From contig OZ239628.1 in NCBI GenBank assembly GCA_965195345.1, forward strand, positions 1,184,001-1,248,000: 64,000 nt of DNA. Direction: 5' to 3'. Position numbers and translations under genes: made by a program. This stretch comes from an uncultured Thiomicrospira sp. Lineage in GTDB: Bacteria; Pseudomonadota; Gammaproteobacteria; CAKMZV01. Of this stretch, positions 33,106 to 44,300 are shown piece by piece. Numbering within the stretch: position 1 is the stretch's first letter; each line of letters begins with the position of its first letter. The notes below the pieces were generated by a model. The model did no database searches and was not told where the DNA came from. It saw only the letters and a list, made by a program, of their open reading frames with translations.

Positions 33106-34023
33106 TCAGAAGTGACGGTAACCCGTAGCTGATTGTGGAATGTCGTCTAAAAAAATACCAGCGTGATCTGTCACTTTGCCTATGATTCTTAAATCGTTGT
33201 GTGATTGTACCAGTTTTTGCATTTCAGGCATCTTCTCTTGATGCACACAGAAACACATTTTATAATCATCTCCACCGCGTAAAATCCAGTCCAATGGATC
33301 AAACCGCGAATCAAACTTCAACTTTTCAAGCTTAGACAATTCACTAAAGGTATTTTTATCCAATTGCGCACCCAAATCACCCGATGCCTTTAATATGTGG
33401 CTTAAATCCTGCAATAACCCATCGGATATATCGATACACGCGCTTGCATAATCTTCAATCCAACATCTCCAGTGCAAATCAATTTTGGGACGCCAATAAG
33501 ATTGATACAACTTATCGCTTAGAACCTGCCCAGTTTGGATTGCTGCCAGTGCTGCTGCGGCAAAACCTAATTCCCCAGTTAGTACTATAGCATCACCTGA
33601 TTGCGCACCTTGTCGCTTAACAATGCGCTCGCACTCCCCTATCAAAGTAACCCCGACCACCTCAGCACCGCTGGTAGTATCACCTCCGATTAGATCGATA
33701 CCGTACTCATCCAAAGCTTGTTCAAAACCTTTTGAAAAGGCTCGAAAATCAAAATCATCTTTGGCACTCAAAGAAAGAGTTGCCCATTTTGGAAGACTGC
33801 TCATTGCAACAGTGTCGCTAACATTGACCGCTATGGATTTATATCCGATGGCATGATAGTCAACGTCTTTAATGGGATAGTGAACTCCGCGCACCAAAGT
33901 ATCTGTGCAAACAGTTTGCAGTTTATTCGAACTTATAACTGCACAATCATCGCCGATACCCAATTTCGTACTCGGTGCTGCGCGTTTAGCAAACAATTGT
34001 TCTATCAATTCGAATTCATTCAT
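33106..34023 (-). CDS. thiL: Thiamine-monophosphate kinase
   Basis: MNEFELI, GIGDDCA, GGDTT, DISDGL, GGDDY. Confidence 0.95.
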   Translation of the reverse strand: MNEFELIEQLFAKRAAPSTKLGIGDDCAVISSNKLQTVCTDTLVRGVHYPIKDVDYHAIGYKSIAVNVSDTVAMSSLPKWATLSLSAKDDFDFRAFSKGFEQALDEYGIDLIGGDTTSGAEVVGVTLIGECERIVKRQGAQSGDAIVLTGELGFAAAALAAIQTGQVLSDKLYQSYWRPKIDLHWRCWIEDYASACIDISDGLLQDLSHILKASGDLGAQLDKNTFSELSKLEKLKFDSRFDPLDWILRGGDDYKMCFCVHQEKMPEMQKLVQSHNDLRIIGKVTDHAGIFLDDIPQSATGYRHF

Positions 34024-34287
34024 GATTTATTGTTCTCGGATGAAAGTTATCGACCAACTCTGCTTGCTTAACAGTGTCTGACCAACCGTGATTATATACA
34101 TATACATGCACAGGAGATTATCTATCAAACAATATTTCGTCCCCACTCTAATAACTGGAATCTCACACTTTTTCACTAAAATTTCTAATGCCAAAGTTCA
34201 ACCAAATCAAATTATACGGTGCCATTAAATAATATTCACTATCTAAAAAATCCGCAAGAATCCACAAGATGAAATAGTACTCTCAGG

Positions 34288-34293
34288 TATAAT
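34288..34293 (+). promoter_or_regulatory. Candidate -10 box for tRNA-Ser
   Basis: TATAAT 10 nt upstream of the tRNA 5' end; no clear -35. Confidence 0.45.
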
Positions 34294-34303
34294 TCTTGTC
34301 GCT

Positions 34304-34391
34304 GGAGGGGTGGCAGAGTGGTCGAATGCACCGGTCTTGAAAACCGGCGAGTGTAAAAGCTCCGTGGGTTCGAATCCCACCCCCTCCGCCA
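34304..34391 (+). tRNA. tRNA-Ser (anticodon UGA)
   Basis: Acceptor GGAGGGG/CCCCTCC, anticodon arm CCGGT-CT TGA AA-ACCGG, long variable arm, GGTTCGAATCC, encoded CCA. Confidence 0.98.
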
Positions 34392-34696
34392 TTATCAAAG
34401 ATAGTGGTTCAAGCTCACTAATCTATATTCAATAATCTCACAAAAACGAGGCTTTTTTCCTACTTTCATTTTTTGATACTTTGTATTAAGACAGTTTATC
34501 GTCGAAATATGCTCAGTATCTCAAACGTCTTTTTGGAGGTTCACTACTTCCTTCCCAAGCGACCCTAGAAACTTGCTTTTTAGACTTTTGTATGTTCTGC
34601 TTATGAAGGGGAGTGTTGAGCAGCCATGAATCACAGCACACTGCTTTTCTCTTTAAAGCACGCGAACATAGAGATTAGCATTGAATTGTGGTTTGA

Positions 34697-37681
34697 TTAT
34701 ATTTGGTCGAGCAGCGTTTCATAATCACTAGCAACGAGGTATTTAGCTTCTTCCCCAAGGGCTTTAAAATGTTCGCGACCACATTTTATTTTGTCTTGTT
34801 CACTGCCTTTAAGGAGGTCTTCAATAACGGTACCGGTGTTTGTGTTTTTTGTTTCAACCACAAAATACAAGCGCTCTGCTCCATCCATTTCCATTAAGAC
34901 GGCCCAGTCTGGGTTGTAAGTACCAAGTGGAGTGTCTATCTTGAACCATGCTGGTAGCTTGGCATAGACTTTTACTTCATCGTTAATTTCAAAGGATTGA
35001 GCCAGTTTTGATTCTGTGCCTGAATCATAAACAACGTGGTCATAGATTGAGCGCCCTGTTTCAATCATATTTTTGTTGAGATAGCCTATAAGCTCTTCAT
35101 TTTCAAAAAGCTCCTGAGCATAAAAATAATTATCACCTATTTTTTGGTACTTAATACCATCAATTACAAAACGGCACATTTCACGTTTGATAATGCCCTT
35201 TACCTCATCGATGAATTTTTGAGGGTTATTTTTAAAATCCGCTAAGCGTTCGCTTTTAATCAAAATATCTAATATCGATTTTCGTTTAAGGTTCGTCTCA
35301 TTTTGTAAGAAACTTAAGATATCAGGGATATGATAGTCTCTGACATCATACACGTGCGTACTTTCTTTGCATTCTCTGGTATCTACTCCGCCTCGCGTTA
35401 TTTCAGTTGTAGCCCTGCTATAGGTGAACTTGGTTTTGCCAACGACTAGCGTGTTTTTGATTTTCTCAGCACATTTTTTGATCAACTCTTCAGGATCAAA
35501 ATCAACGTTATAAGTCGTTTTATATTTAATTTTCTCCCACAGTTCCTTAAATTCAGAACTTTCAAATACGGCTTTATTCAAACGCACTGTGCGTTTATCA
35601 CCGCTGTTTTTAATATTAAGTCCGCCAGCTACTCTTTTAAGTGAGCCAAGAATCTGATTGGCGTATTCTGCGTGTTCTTCTGGCAATTCAACAGTATCGT
35701 TTTTTAACGCCACTCTTAGATCATCAGTCACCTTATCGCGCTGGTCGATGTATTTTTCTGTCAAAAGGTGCTGGTGTATTTCCTCTGATTTATCCGCACC
35801 AAGGAACATATCGTTCCCCTCAGCATCCTGAATTACAATATTGGCAAACAAATGATTATCCACGACACCAAAGCGGATGCCTTCTTCGTTCTCAATCTCT
35901 GTTTGTAAGCCTTCAACAAAATCTTCATAGGATTCATTGGCCATGACGGTGAGAGTATTGACCTCAAATCCATGTACACGTTCGCCGTCTTGGTTAACAG
36001 ATATACGAAGCCCACGACCGATCTCTTGGCGTTTTTTGATCGTGGATTTTGTTTCATTTAAGGTGCAGATTTGGAATACATTCGGATTATCCCATCCTTC
36101 TTTCAGCGCAGAGTGTGAGAAGATAAACTTCAGCTTTGAATCAAAACTCAGCAGCTTTTCCTTGTCCTTCATAATTAGAGTGTAAGTGTCCTCATCCGCA
36201 GCAGACGTTCCTTTAGTATCTTTGAATACACCTTTCTGATCAGCAGAGAAATACCCGTTATGAACCTGATTAGGCAAGCTATCTGTATCCATATCAGAAA
36301 AGAGGCTTCTATATTTGGGCTTTTTGATTGCCTTGCGATACTCCTCTTCAAACATACGGGCATATTTACCCTTCTGCTCGGGTGCATCGTAATCACGATA
36401 ATTCGAGACTTTATCAATGAAGAACAGGCTTAAAACCTTAACATCCATCGGAGTAAGCCTTAGCTCTTTATCCAAATGTTCTTCGATGGTTTTGCGAATT
36501 TGTAAAATTTTATATTCATCTTCATTCACTTCACCAATGGCGTGGTGCAGATAAATAGTATCTTCCTTGCTGGTGAAGTCGATATATTCACTACCTTCTT
36601 CACAATAGATATCGTTGACGATATAGCCATCGTAAATGCTACGCTTTGTCAGCTCCATTAAGTCTTGCCCAGATTTGACCCATTTTATTTTTTTCTTGGT
36701 ATTTCCTACTTGCTGAACATCTACTTCAATCTTGGCGCGGTGACCGTTCTTGTTATCGACTGCGAGCAACTTGATATAAGCCTTGTTATGACCGTCTTTG
36801 ACCTGAATGGAGGCAACCTCAATCTGTTTTACCAATTTTTGCTCATACGCATCAATAGAGTCCAGCTTATAAAGCATGTGGTGCTTATCAACATGAGTGG
36901 CAGAATAGCGGAGTGTACATAGTGGATTGAGCGATTTAATCGCATCTGAAGCCTTTGTTGTTGTATCAACGCTTTGCGGTTCATCAATGATTACCACTGG
37001 GTTTGTCTCTCGAATAAGATCAATCGGCACACCCTGCATCTTATCATTCCAACGGTGGATAATATTGGCGCTGGTTTCTTTTGTTTCATCGGTAAAGCTT
37101 CTGCGGAAGGCATCAATGTTGATGACCATGATTTGGATATAATCATTTGTGGCGAATGTTCGAACCTTAGAAAGATCGCTTGAATCGTAGGTGAAATAAT
37201 GAAATGGCGTATTGTTGTATAGCTCCTTAAAATGACCCTCTGTCATTTGCAAAGATTTCAGAACGCCTTCCTTAATCGCGATACTTGGTACAACAATGAT
37301 GAATTTAGTGAAACCATAAAGCTGGTTCATTTCAAAGACTGAGCGCAGGTAAACATAGGTTTTACCTGTTCCCGTTTCCATTTCCACCGTAAAATCGAAG
37401 TTTTTCATCTCGCCTTCGGACTGTTTAAGCCCATTCTTTAACTGGATTTGGCGAACATTTGCCAACACCTCTTCTGGCAATAACTTCAGGCGGTTAGCAT
37501 ATCCATGATCCGTTTGGTTAGCGAACAGATCCCGCGGTGATTTGTCGCTATGCTGGATTGTTGGCATAGAGAATGTGGTTTTATTTAACTCTTGCCCCTC
37601 AAAGACGCGGTAAACAGATTCCAAGGCAATGCGTTGGTGGTTTTGGTTCGGGTCGAATTTAATCTTCATGTTTTTGCTCAT
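34697..37681 (-). CDS. res: Type III restriction endonuclease subunit Res
   Basis: METGTGKT, DEPQ, YSAT, EGWDNPNVFQIC, QEIGRGLR, C-terminal YNPDW..VETK nuclease motif. Confidence 0.95.
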   Translation of the reverse strand: MSKNMKIKFDPNQNHQRIALESVYRVFEGQELNKTTFSMPTIQHSDKSPRDLFANQTDHGYANRLKLLPEEVLANVRQIQLKNGLKQSEGEMKNFDFTVEMETGTGKTYVYLRSVFEMNQLYGFTKFIIVVPSIAIKEGVLKSLQMTEGHFKELYNNTPFHYFTYDSSDLSKVRTFATNDYIQIMVINIDAFRRSFTDETKETSANIIHRWNDKMQGVPIDLIRETNPVVIIDEPQSVDTTTKASDAIKSLNPLCTLRYSATHVDKHHMLYKLDSIDAYEQKLVKQIEVASIQVKDGHNKAYIKLLAVDNKNGHRAKIEVDVQQVGNTKKKIKWVKSGQDLMELTKRSIYDGYIVNDIYCEEGSEYIDFTSKEDTIYLHHAIGEVNEDEYKILQIRKTIEEHLDKELRLTPMDVKVLSLFFIDKVSNYRDYDAPEQKGKYARMFEEEYRKAIKKPKYRSLFSDMDTDSLPNQVHNGYFSADQKGVFKDTKGTSAADEDTYTLIMKDKEKLLSFDSKLKFIFSHSALKEGWDNPNVFQICTLNETKSTIKKRQEIGRGLRISVNQDGERVHGFEVNTLTVMANESYEDFVEGLQTEIENEEGIRFGVVDNHLFANIVIQDAEGNDMFLGADKSEEIHQHLLTEKYIDQRDKVTDDLRVALKNDTVELPEEHAEYANQILGSLKRVAGGLNIKNSGDKRTVRLNKAVFESSEFKELWEKIKYKTTYNVDFDPEELIKKCAEKIKNTLVVGKTKFTYSRATTEITRGGVDTRECKESTHVYDVRDYHIPDILSFLQNETNLKRKSILDILIKSERLADFKNNPQKFIDEVKGIIKREMCRFVIDGIKYQKIGDNYFYAQELFENEELIGYLNKNMIETGRSIYDHVVYDSGTESKLAQSFEINDEVKVYAKLPAWFKIDTPLGTYNPDWAVLMEMDGAERLYFVVETKNTNTGTVIEDLLKGSEQDKIKCGREHFKALGEEAKYLVASDYETLLDQI

Positions 37682-37692
37682 GTTAAATTCCC

Positions 37693-39570
37693 CTACAGAC
37701 TTTTAACATCATCAATGCCAAAACGCTTAAGCGTTTGCAGGGCATTGGCTTTGACCACATCATCCTTAAAACTATCATCTTTGAACACAACGCGCATGCC
37801 ATCTTCGGGGGCAAGCTCGGCTTTCAGTGCGCCAATGCCATTGACCAGATCCATGGTTATTGCATTATCCAAACACACAACCAAATAACCACGCCCAAGG
37901 ATGAACAGCTTTTTACCGTCAATGGTCTTTTCTTGAATTTTGATGGACAGGTCTAAGCCAAGTTTGATGCAAAGTTCATACAGTATATCTTCGTCTGTGC
38001 GATCTTTAACCAGATAATCAACCGCATCCATCAGGTCGCTTTCAAGTGTGTCAAAACCGGCATCCCATCGTTTGATGTTGGAGCTGGCGAGTTTGAAGAC
38101 TTTAAAGCCAAGATCGCCTTCATAGTCACGGTTTTCTTCTTTGATTTTTTTGCCTGCTCGGCGAATACGTTCTTTAGTCAGTTCTGCAAGTGAATATTCT
38201 AAATTATTTAGATCGCAGAACTCTATAGCAGGTCTATGCTCTTTGACTGTTTTCGTAAGTTTTTCTGGCAATTGAACTAATATGGATCTCAAATGGTTTT
38301 CATGTTCATAAGCAGCATGTGCTGTGGTTCCAGATCCTGCAAAAAAATCAAGAACTAGATCATCATTTTTGCAATTAGCGATTGAAATTAAGCTATCTAT
38401 TAATCTAATTGGCTTTGGATTACTGAAGGTGTTTTTTACACCATTCATTAGTTCTGTTAATATAGTATTGCCTTCTTGATTATGCCCAAATTGTTCATGA
38501 GACCACCAGTTTGTGGCGCATTGACCTTCTTCCTCCCGCTCAAATTTAAAATATTTCTTCCTAGGACAGCCTTTCCCGCTATTGGGAAAGATAATCCTAT
38601 TGTCTTCCATGAGTCTATCGAAGGTGGCTTTTTCTCCCATCCACTCCCCGTCAATAACTTCACCAGATGTTAAAGTTATTTTATAAGCTGAGCCACTTTG
38701 ATCGCTTCCAACTTTCCACGGCTTTGAGGACCAATCACCTCGTGGGTCATTATCTGGATTTGAAAAGTCACCAGTCAGATCTATTTTTCCAACCCCAGAT
38801 TCTTTATGTTTTTTAATATCTTTAGCATAAGCTAATATATGCTCTGCTACTAAGCCGATCATTTTAGTAGGATCATTAGGCTGATTGTGCCTTCTTCTCC
38901 AATGTATATGCCCTTCAAAGTTCTCCTCACCGAAAATTTCATCGCATAACTTTCTTAAATTCCCAATTTCCTGGTCACTGATAGAAATAAAAATAACGCC
39001 ATCGTCCTTCAGCAAATTCCGAGCCAGTTTTAAACGTGGATACATCATATTGAGCCAGTTGGTATGATAACGCCCTGTGGTGTCGGTGTTGGCTGAAAAC
39101 TTATAACCCTCGGCATCTACTTGCCCTGTGTACTTAAGGTAAGTATCGAGGTTGTCTTGGAACTTGTCGGGGTAGATGAACTCTTTACCCGTGTTATAGG
39201 GCGGGTCGATATAGATCATTTTGACTTGGCGGTGGTATGATTTTTGCAGCAGCTTGAGAACTTCGAGATTATCGCCCTCGATAAATAAATTCTCTGTATT
39301 GTCCCAATCAACGCTTTCATCTTTGCAAGGGCGCAGTGTGCCAGTGCTGGGTGTTTGTGCTAAACGACCAGCGTTGCGCTTGCCGTGCCATGTGAAGTTA
39401 TAATGATCTTCATCCTCAACCACATAATTACCAAGCAGCTCTTCCAGCTTGTTAAACTGGATTTTTCCTTCGGAAAAAACGCTGGGGAACAGCTCTTTTA
39501 ATTGTTCAATATTCTGCTCCACAATATCCTTTGTCTTCCCGTCCAGTTTTTCCATTTTTTCTTCGCTCAT
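37693..39570 (-). CDS. mod: Type III DNA adenine methyltransferase Mod
   Basis: EGDNLEVLK, IYIDPPYNTG, DFFAGSGTT; adjacent to res. Confidence 0.95.
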   Translation of the reverse strand: MSEEKMEKLDGKTKDIVEQNIEQLKELFPSVFSEGKIQFNKLEELLGNYVVEDEDHYNFTWHGKRNAGRLAQTPSTGTLRPCKDESVDWDNTENLFIEGDNLEVLKLLQKSYHRQVKMIYIDPPYNTGKEFIYPDKFQDNLDTYLKYTGQVDAEGYKFSANTDTTGRYHTNWLNMMYPRLKLARNLLKDDGVIFISISDQEIGNLRKLCDEIFGEENFEGHIHWRRRHNQPNDPTKMIGLVAEHILAYAKDIKKHKESGVGKIDLTGDFSNPDNDPRGDWSSKPWKVGSDQSGSAYKITLTSGEVIDGEWMGEKATFDRLMEDNRIIFPNSGKGCPRKKYFKFEREEEGQCATNWWSHEQFGHNQEGNTILTELMNGVKNTFSNPKPIRLIDSLISIANCKNDDLVLDFFAGSGTTAHAAYEHENHLRSILVQLPEKLTKTVKEHRPAIEFCDLNNLEYSLAELTKERIRRAGKKIKEENRDYEGDLGFKVFKLASSNIKRWDAGFDTLESDLMDAVDYLVKDRTDEDILYELCIKLGLDLSIKIQEKTIDGKKLFILGRGYLVVCLDNAITMDLVNGIGALKAELAPEDGMRVVFKDDSFKDDVVKANALQTLKRFGIDDVKSL

Positions 39571-39601
39571 AGTTTTAAGTCCTTCCGCTCGTTATAGGGC
39601 G

Positions 39602-40603
39602 TTATTTATCTTTTTTGGTTAATTGTTGCTCTAGGGCTTCTAACTCTTTAATATCGTCTTTATCGGCGGCGCGTGCTTCGGCTTTTTTGCGCTTTTTATC
39701 AAAATCATCATAGCGTTCTTCCGCCAATTTTTTTGCAACGCTCATGTGCACTTTGCCTGCGTGGGTTAGCAAATCCCTCTCATTAAATTTTAAAAACGCG
39801 TCCAATTTATCGCCCCAATCATTCATGGATATGGTTTTTCGCTTTTGCGCCTGATCTTCTGCGTAATCCAGATACATTGTCACAATTCGATTGAGTTCAT
39901 CAATTTCATTTTTCTGCAGGTAATTTTTGGCAGTACCAACATCGCCTTTGCGGACAATGCTGCCTTTGAAAGAGGTGACGCCCATGTTTGGCTCAGTAGA
40001 GTTGCTTCTGCCTTCAATCAGTTCCGCTGCAGTTTTTCCCGTGATAGCCCACAACATTTTATTTTGCACTTTTTTGAAGAAAATCTGTGCATGCTCAGAA
40101 TTCTTGTCGTAGTCAATAGCAGTGATGTAGAGGTCTTTAACTTTTTGATAAAACCGTTTTTCCGAGGCGCGAATATCACGGATGCGTGCAAGCCATTCGT
40201 CAAAATAGTCGCATTTATCGGCTTGTTTCAGGCGTTCGTCATCCATGGCAAAGCCTTTGATCAGGTATTCTTTTAATACCGTGTTCGCCCAGCGCCGAAA
40301 TTGCGTCCCTCTGGGCGAGCGTACACGAAAACCGACGGTCATTATCATGTCAAGGCTATACTGTAAGACACTATAATCTTTACCATCTTTAGCAGTTCGT
40401 CGGAAATTCCGACATACTGAATTTTCTTCTAATTCTCCATCAGAGAGAATGTTTTGAATATGTTCGGTAATGGTCGAGCGACCTTTATCAAATAGATCAG
40501 CAATCTCTTCTTGTGTAAGCCAAACGGTTCCGTCTATTGCCGTGAGGTTAATCTGGGCTAATCCATCTTCGGTTTTGTAAATGATCATTTCACCGTTGTT
40601 CAT
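39602..40603 (-). CDS. rhuM: Virulence RhuM family protein
   Basis: TVWLTQ, GFRVRSPRGTQFRRWA, RIRDIRASEKRFYQK, AKNYL. Confidence 0.92.
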   Translation of the reverse strand: MNNGEMIIYKTEDGLAQINLTAIDGTVWLTQEEIADLFDKGRSTITEHIQNILSDGELEENSVCRNFRRTAKDGKDYSVLQYSLDMIMTVGFRVRSPRGTQFRRWANTVLKEYLIKGFAMDDERLKQADKCDYFDEWLARIRDIRASEKRFYQKVKDLYITAIDYDKNSEHAQIFFKKVQNKMLWAITGKTAAELIEGRSNSTEPNMGVTSFKGSIVRKGDVGTAKNYLQKNEIDELNRIVTMYLDYAEDQAQKRKTISMNDWGDKLDAFLKFNERDLLTHAGKVHMSVAKKLAEERYDDFDKKRKKAEARAADKDDIKELEALEQQLTKKDK

Positions 40604-40612
40604 AGAATTGCC

Positions 40613-41365
40613 TTATAGTTTTTGCTCGAGTTGCGTGATTGCATCTTGGCTCTCTTTCACTGCAACGTTCAACTTTAGTTTTGTATTGAATTGCGTTTCT
40701 TTTTTTAGCGCGGCCCGCAATTGCGCCATTTCGTTTTCAAGCTCATCAATGCGCCTGAGGTTTTTAAGGCGCGCATCGGTCTCTGTCTTTGTTGTGATCG
40801 TATATGTTCCGGATCGACATGCAGAATTTAATGCAATTACGCGAGACTTCACATCTGAATAGAGTGCGTAGAAGTTCAGGAAAGACAAGTTTTTAATATT
40901 TATATCAGCCATGAACTGACGCGCACTCTGCGCAGGGGCGCTGGGGTTAAACCAAGGCGTTATCCAGTCATCCTCAACCACCCATTTGGCTTTATCAGCT
41001 TGGGAGAGGCGTTTATCGGCAACACTCAAGGCAACCATATCACCATGGCTAAAGATTAAAATTAAAGGGTATGGAATTGCCTTGTTCACGAAGGAGGCTA
41101 TCCGCTTAACGCGTGTGTCGCTGGACAGGTCAATTTGAAGGATTGCCACTTCATCGTATTCGCGGGTTTGGTCTTTGTAAGGCTCGATATTGATGGTACT
41201 AGGCTTCAGGGTATAGAGCCAGCGAATTTTATCAATATCGTCTTTCAGTGCTTTTTTGTCGGTAATATCCAGCATGCCACTTTCTAAAAATAGCTTTTTG
41301 AAAAGCGTTTTACTAAGAAAGCATTTTGGCGGTATGCTGAGGCTGTCAAGGAAGTCTTGAATCAT
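40613..41365 (-). CDS. DUF4391 domain protein
   Basis: AIPYPLILIF core, C-terminal coiled coil with KETQFNTK; usual position between helicase and Type III mod. Confidence 0.8.
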   Translation of the reverse strand: MIQDFLDSLSIPPKCFLSKTLFKKLFLESGMLDITDKKALKDDIDKIRWLYTLKPSTINIEPYKDQTREYDEVAILQIDLSSDTRVKRIASFVNKAIPYPLILIFSHGDMVALSVADKRLSQADKAKWVVEDDWITPWFNPSAPAQSARQFMADINIKNLSFLNFYALYSDVKSRVIALNSACRSGTYTITTKTETDARLKNLRRIDELENEMAQLRAALKKETQFNTKLKLNVAVKESQDAITQLEQKL

Positions 41366-44300
41366 GCAACAGCCTCCTTGATAATCAGATATGAGATCAC
41401 TTCAAAATCTTCAATGCTAGAGAAATGCTCCTGCGTTAAAACTGTACCGCCACGCGCAAACAGGCTTTCAACACCTTTCTCTTCGGTTTTACCGACGATT
41501 GATTGCATAGCGCATTCCAGCATATATTGGTATGCGCCCATATCTTTACCGTTTTTAGTTTGTGCATTTAGGGCTTCGATAGATTTGTAATCAAGCGTTT
41601 TGTTCGTGGCGCAGAGCTTCTTGAATATATCGAGGATTTTCTTGCCCTGCAGGTGATTGAAAACAATGTCGCCATTTTCTGCGACATAGACAATGTAATA
41701 AGGGGCCAAGGCGTAATTGGCATCGCTCTCAACTTTATCATGGATATCCTTTAAGCAGAATATCGTGCCGGCAACAAATTCGCCATTTGAGTTTTGGATC
41801 GCGGCATAAAACCCTGAAGGGGATTTTTCCAACTGAGAAAGATTGTCCTTCATGTAACCTGACAAATCCATGCGGAAATCATTGAGCGTCATATCCGTGA
41901 TAGAAACACTGCCATCCATATCTTCTAAATCAATCACCGAGGTTTGAAGTTGTTTCATTTGCTTTCTGCGGTAATCAAGATCATTCATCTGCTTATCGTT
42001 GTCATACTCGATTACATTCTCTTCGCCAGAGGCGGAGATATCAAGCAGCACCATACGCCCACTCACCCGAGCCTCTAAGTTGATATATTCATCCAGTTCC
42101 ATGTTTGGCCAGAAGTTCACCAGTAGGATAGTGGAATTTTGTGAGCCTAAACGGTCCACACGACCGAAACGCTGGATAATTCGGACAGGATTCCAATGAA
42201 TATCATAATTCACTAACGTGTCGCAGTCCTGCAGGTTTTGACCTTCAGAAATACAATCGGTGGCTATAAGGATATCAATTTCAGTTGTTGCCTCAGGATC
42301 AACCTTGTCAAGCTCTTTTGAAATCGGTGAGAAGTGCGTTAGAAGATTGTTCAAATCTTTGTTAATACCTTTAATCGTACATTTTTTGGTTTGCCCTGTA
42401 ACGAGCGCAGAGTGAAGCCCTAATTCGCCTGATGCCCAAGGTGATATATGATCATAGAGGTATTCTGCAGTATCAGAAAACGCGGTAAAAATAACAATCT
42501 TCTTGTTGTTCGGATTAAAGGGATTACGCACCTTTGTTTTTATAACTTCTTTCAGTTTAAGGAGCTTTGCATCACGAGTGGGATCAACGGTTACGGCATC
42601 GACCAGAAGATCCTTTAGTAAGGCAAGGTCTTCTTTTAAATCTTGTTTCCAACGGACTAAATCCATATCTTGTACCAGTACCTTAATTTTATTTCCAATC
42701 AGGTAATCTTCAAGCGCAGGGTCATCTGTTTCGATATCTTCGATACTCAGCTCTTCAATCTCGTTACTTTCATGTGCGTCAATCTGCACTAATAGCCCAC
42801 TAATTTTTCCATGAACTTTATCAACCGTGAGAGCAAACGACTTGATCGAGCTTTCCATACGCTTGAGAAGGTTCACCCGCATTAACTGAATAATGTTTTG
42901 TTCACGGTCAATCTGACGAAAGACTGACTTGCCATCTTGGACTTCTTGGTCATATTTTCGGCTGTACTCGTCCTTTTTATCCATCCGCACATATTCAAGA
43001 GGTGAGTATGCTGCCAAATTAAGACGCTTAATCGCCATATTTACGTCTCTAAGCGGTGGGAATTGATCGTTGGTATCAATATTAGGCTTGATATTCCTTG
43101 GTTTTAAACGCTCAGGGAATTTGCCGATTTCAGAAACATCGTAGTATTTTTCGATGTGCTTACGAGAGCGAGCGATGGTCATGAGGTCAAGGAGCTTAAA
43201 ATAATCAAAATTCAGCTTTTCAAGCAATGCTTCTGCATTTCTTTGGACTTCTGGCAGATTTAACCACTTATTAAAGTTGGTTTGTGCTTTTTTGAGCGTC
43301 TGCTCAATGCTGTTAATCCCAAAATCAGCGAGCGCTGTATCTCGTCCTTCGGTTATGAATGCCACTTGGTTTTTGAGATCGTTCATACGGCTGTTGACCG
43401 GGGTGGCGGATAACATAAGCACCTTTGTTTTTACACCTGATCTAATGATTTGATCCATTAAACGTTGGTAGCGCGTTGAACCATCAAGCTTTGTCCCGCT
43501 GTTTCTAAAGTTATGAGACTCATCAATAACGAGCAGGTCATAATTACCCCAATTAATCGTTTCTAGATTAATCTCGCCAGATTTTCCTCTATCACGGCTT
43601 AGGTCTGTATGATTGAGTACGTCATAGTTAAAGCGATCGGCTGCCAGCAGATTACGTTTGTCGTTAATGGTGTAAACGCTCCAGTTCTCACGGAGTTTTT
43701 TAGGAGCAAGCACGAGCACACGGTCGTTGCGTAACTCGTAGTATTTGATAACAGCGAGGGCTTCAAAGGTTTTACCCAAACCAACGCTGTCCGCAATGAT
43801 ACAGCCGTTGTATTTCTCCAACTTATCAATTGCACCCATTACACCGTCGCATTGAAATTTATATAGCTTATTCCACACGATGGTATCTTTGAATCCAGTC
43901 TTAGAGCGGATGATGCTCTCTTCATCAATGTCTTCAAGATAGTCTTTAAAAATATTATAGAGGGTGATGGAATAGACTTGGTTTGCCGGTTTATCTGATG
44001 CAAGGTATTCTAAATGAGCCATTAGTTCGTCTTTAATATCTTGAGTGGCTTTACCATCATTCCAAATTGTATCGAACCATTGAAGAAGCTGTTTTGTTGT
44101 CTTCGCATCTGAAATACCCATATTTATTTCAAAACTGTCGGATTTGACTTCACCGAGGCCTGCAGCGGTAAAATGAGATGCGCCTTGGGTTACAAAATTA
44201 TCATCTGCATTGCTGATATGGAACATGTTTTGAGGCGGGAATGCCATTTGCCTCGTCATTGCCTTTGCTTGCGTATTCTTCTTAATCCAAGCGGCACATT

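Noticed and set aside
37693-39570. Phase-variable mod (phasevarion)
   Set aside because: No simple-sequence repeat tract seen in or before the gene
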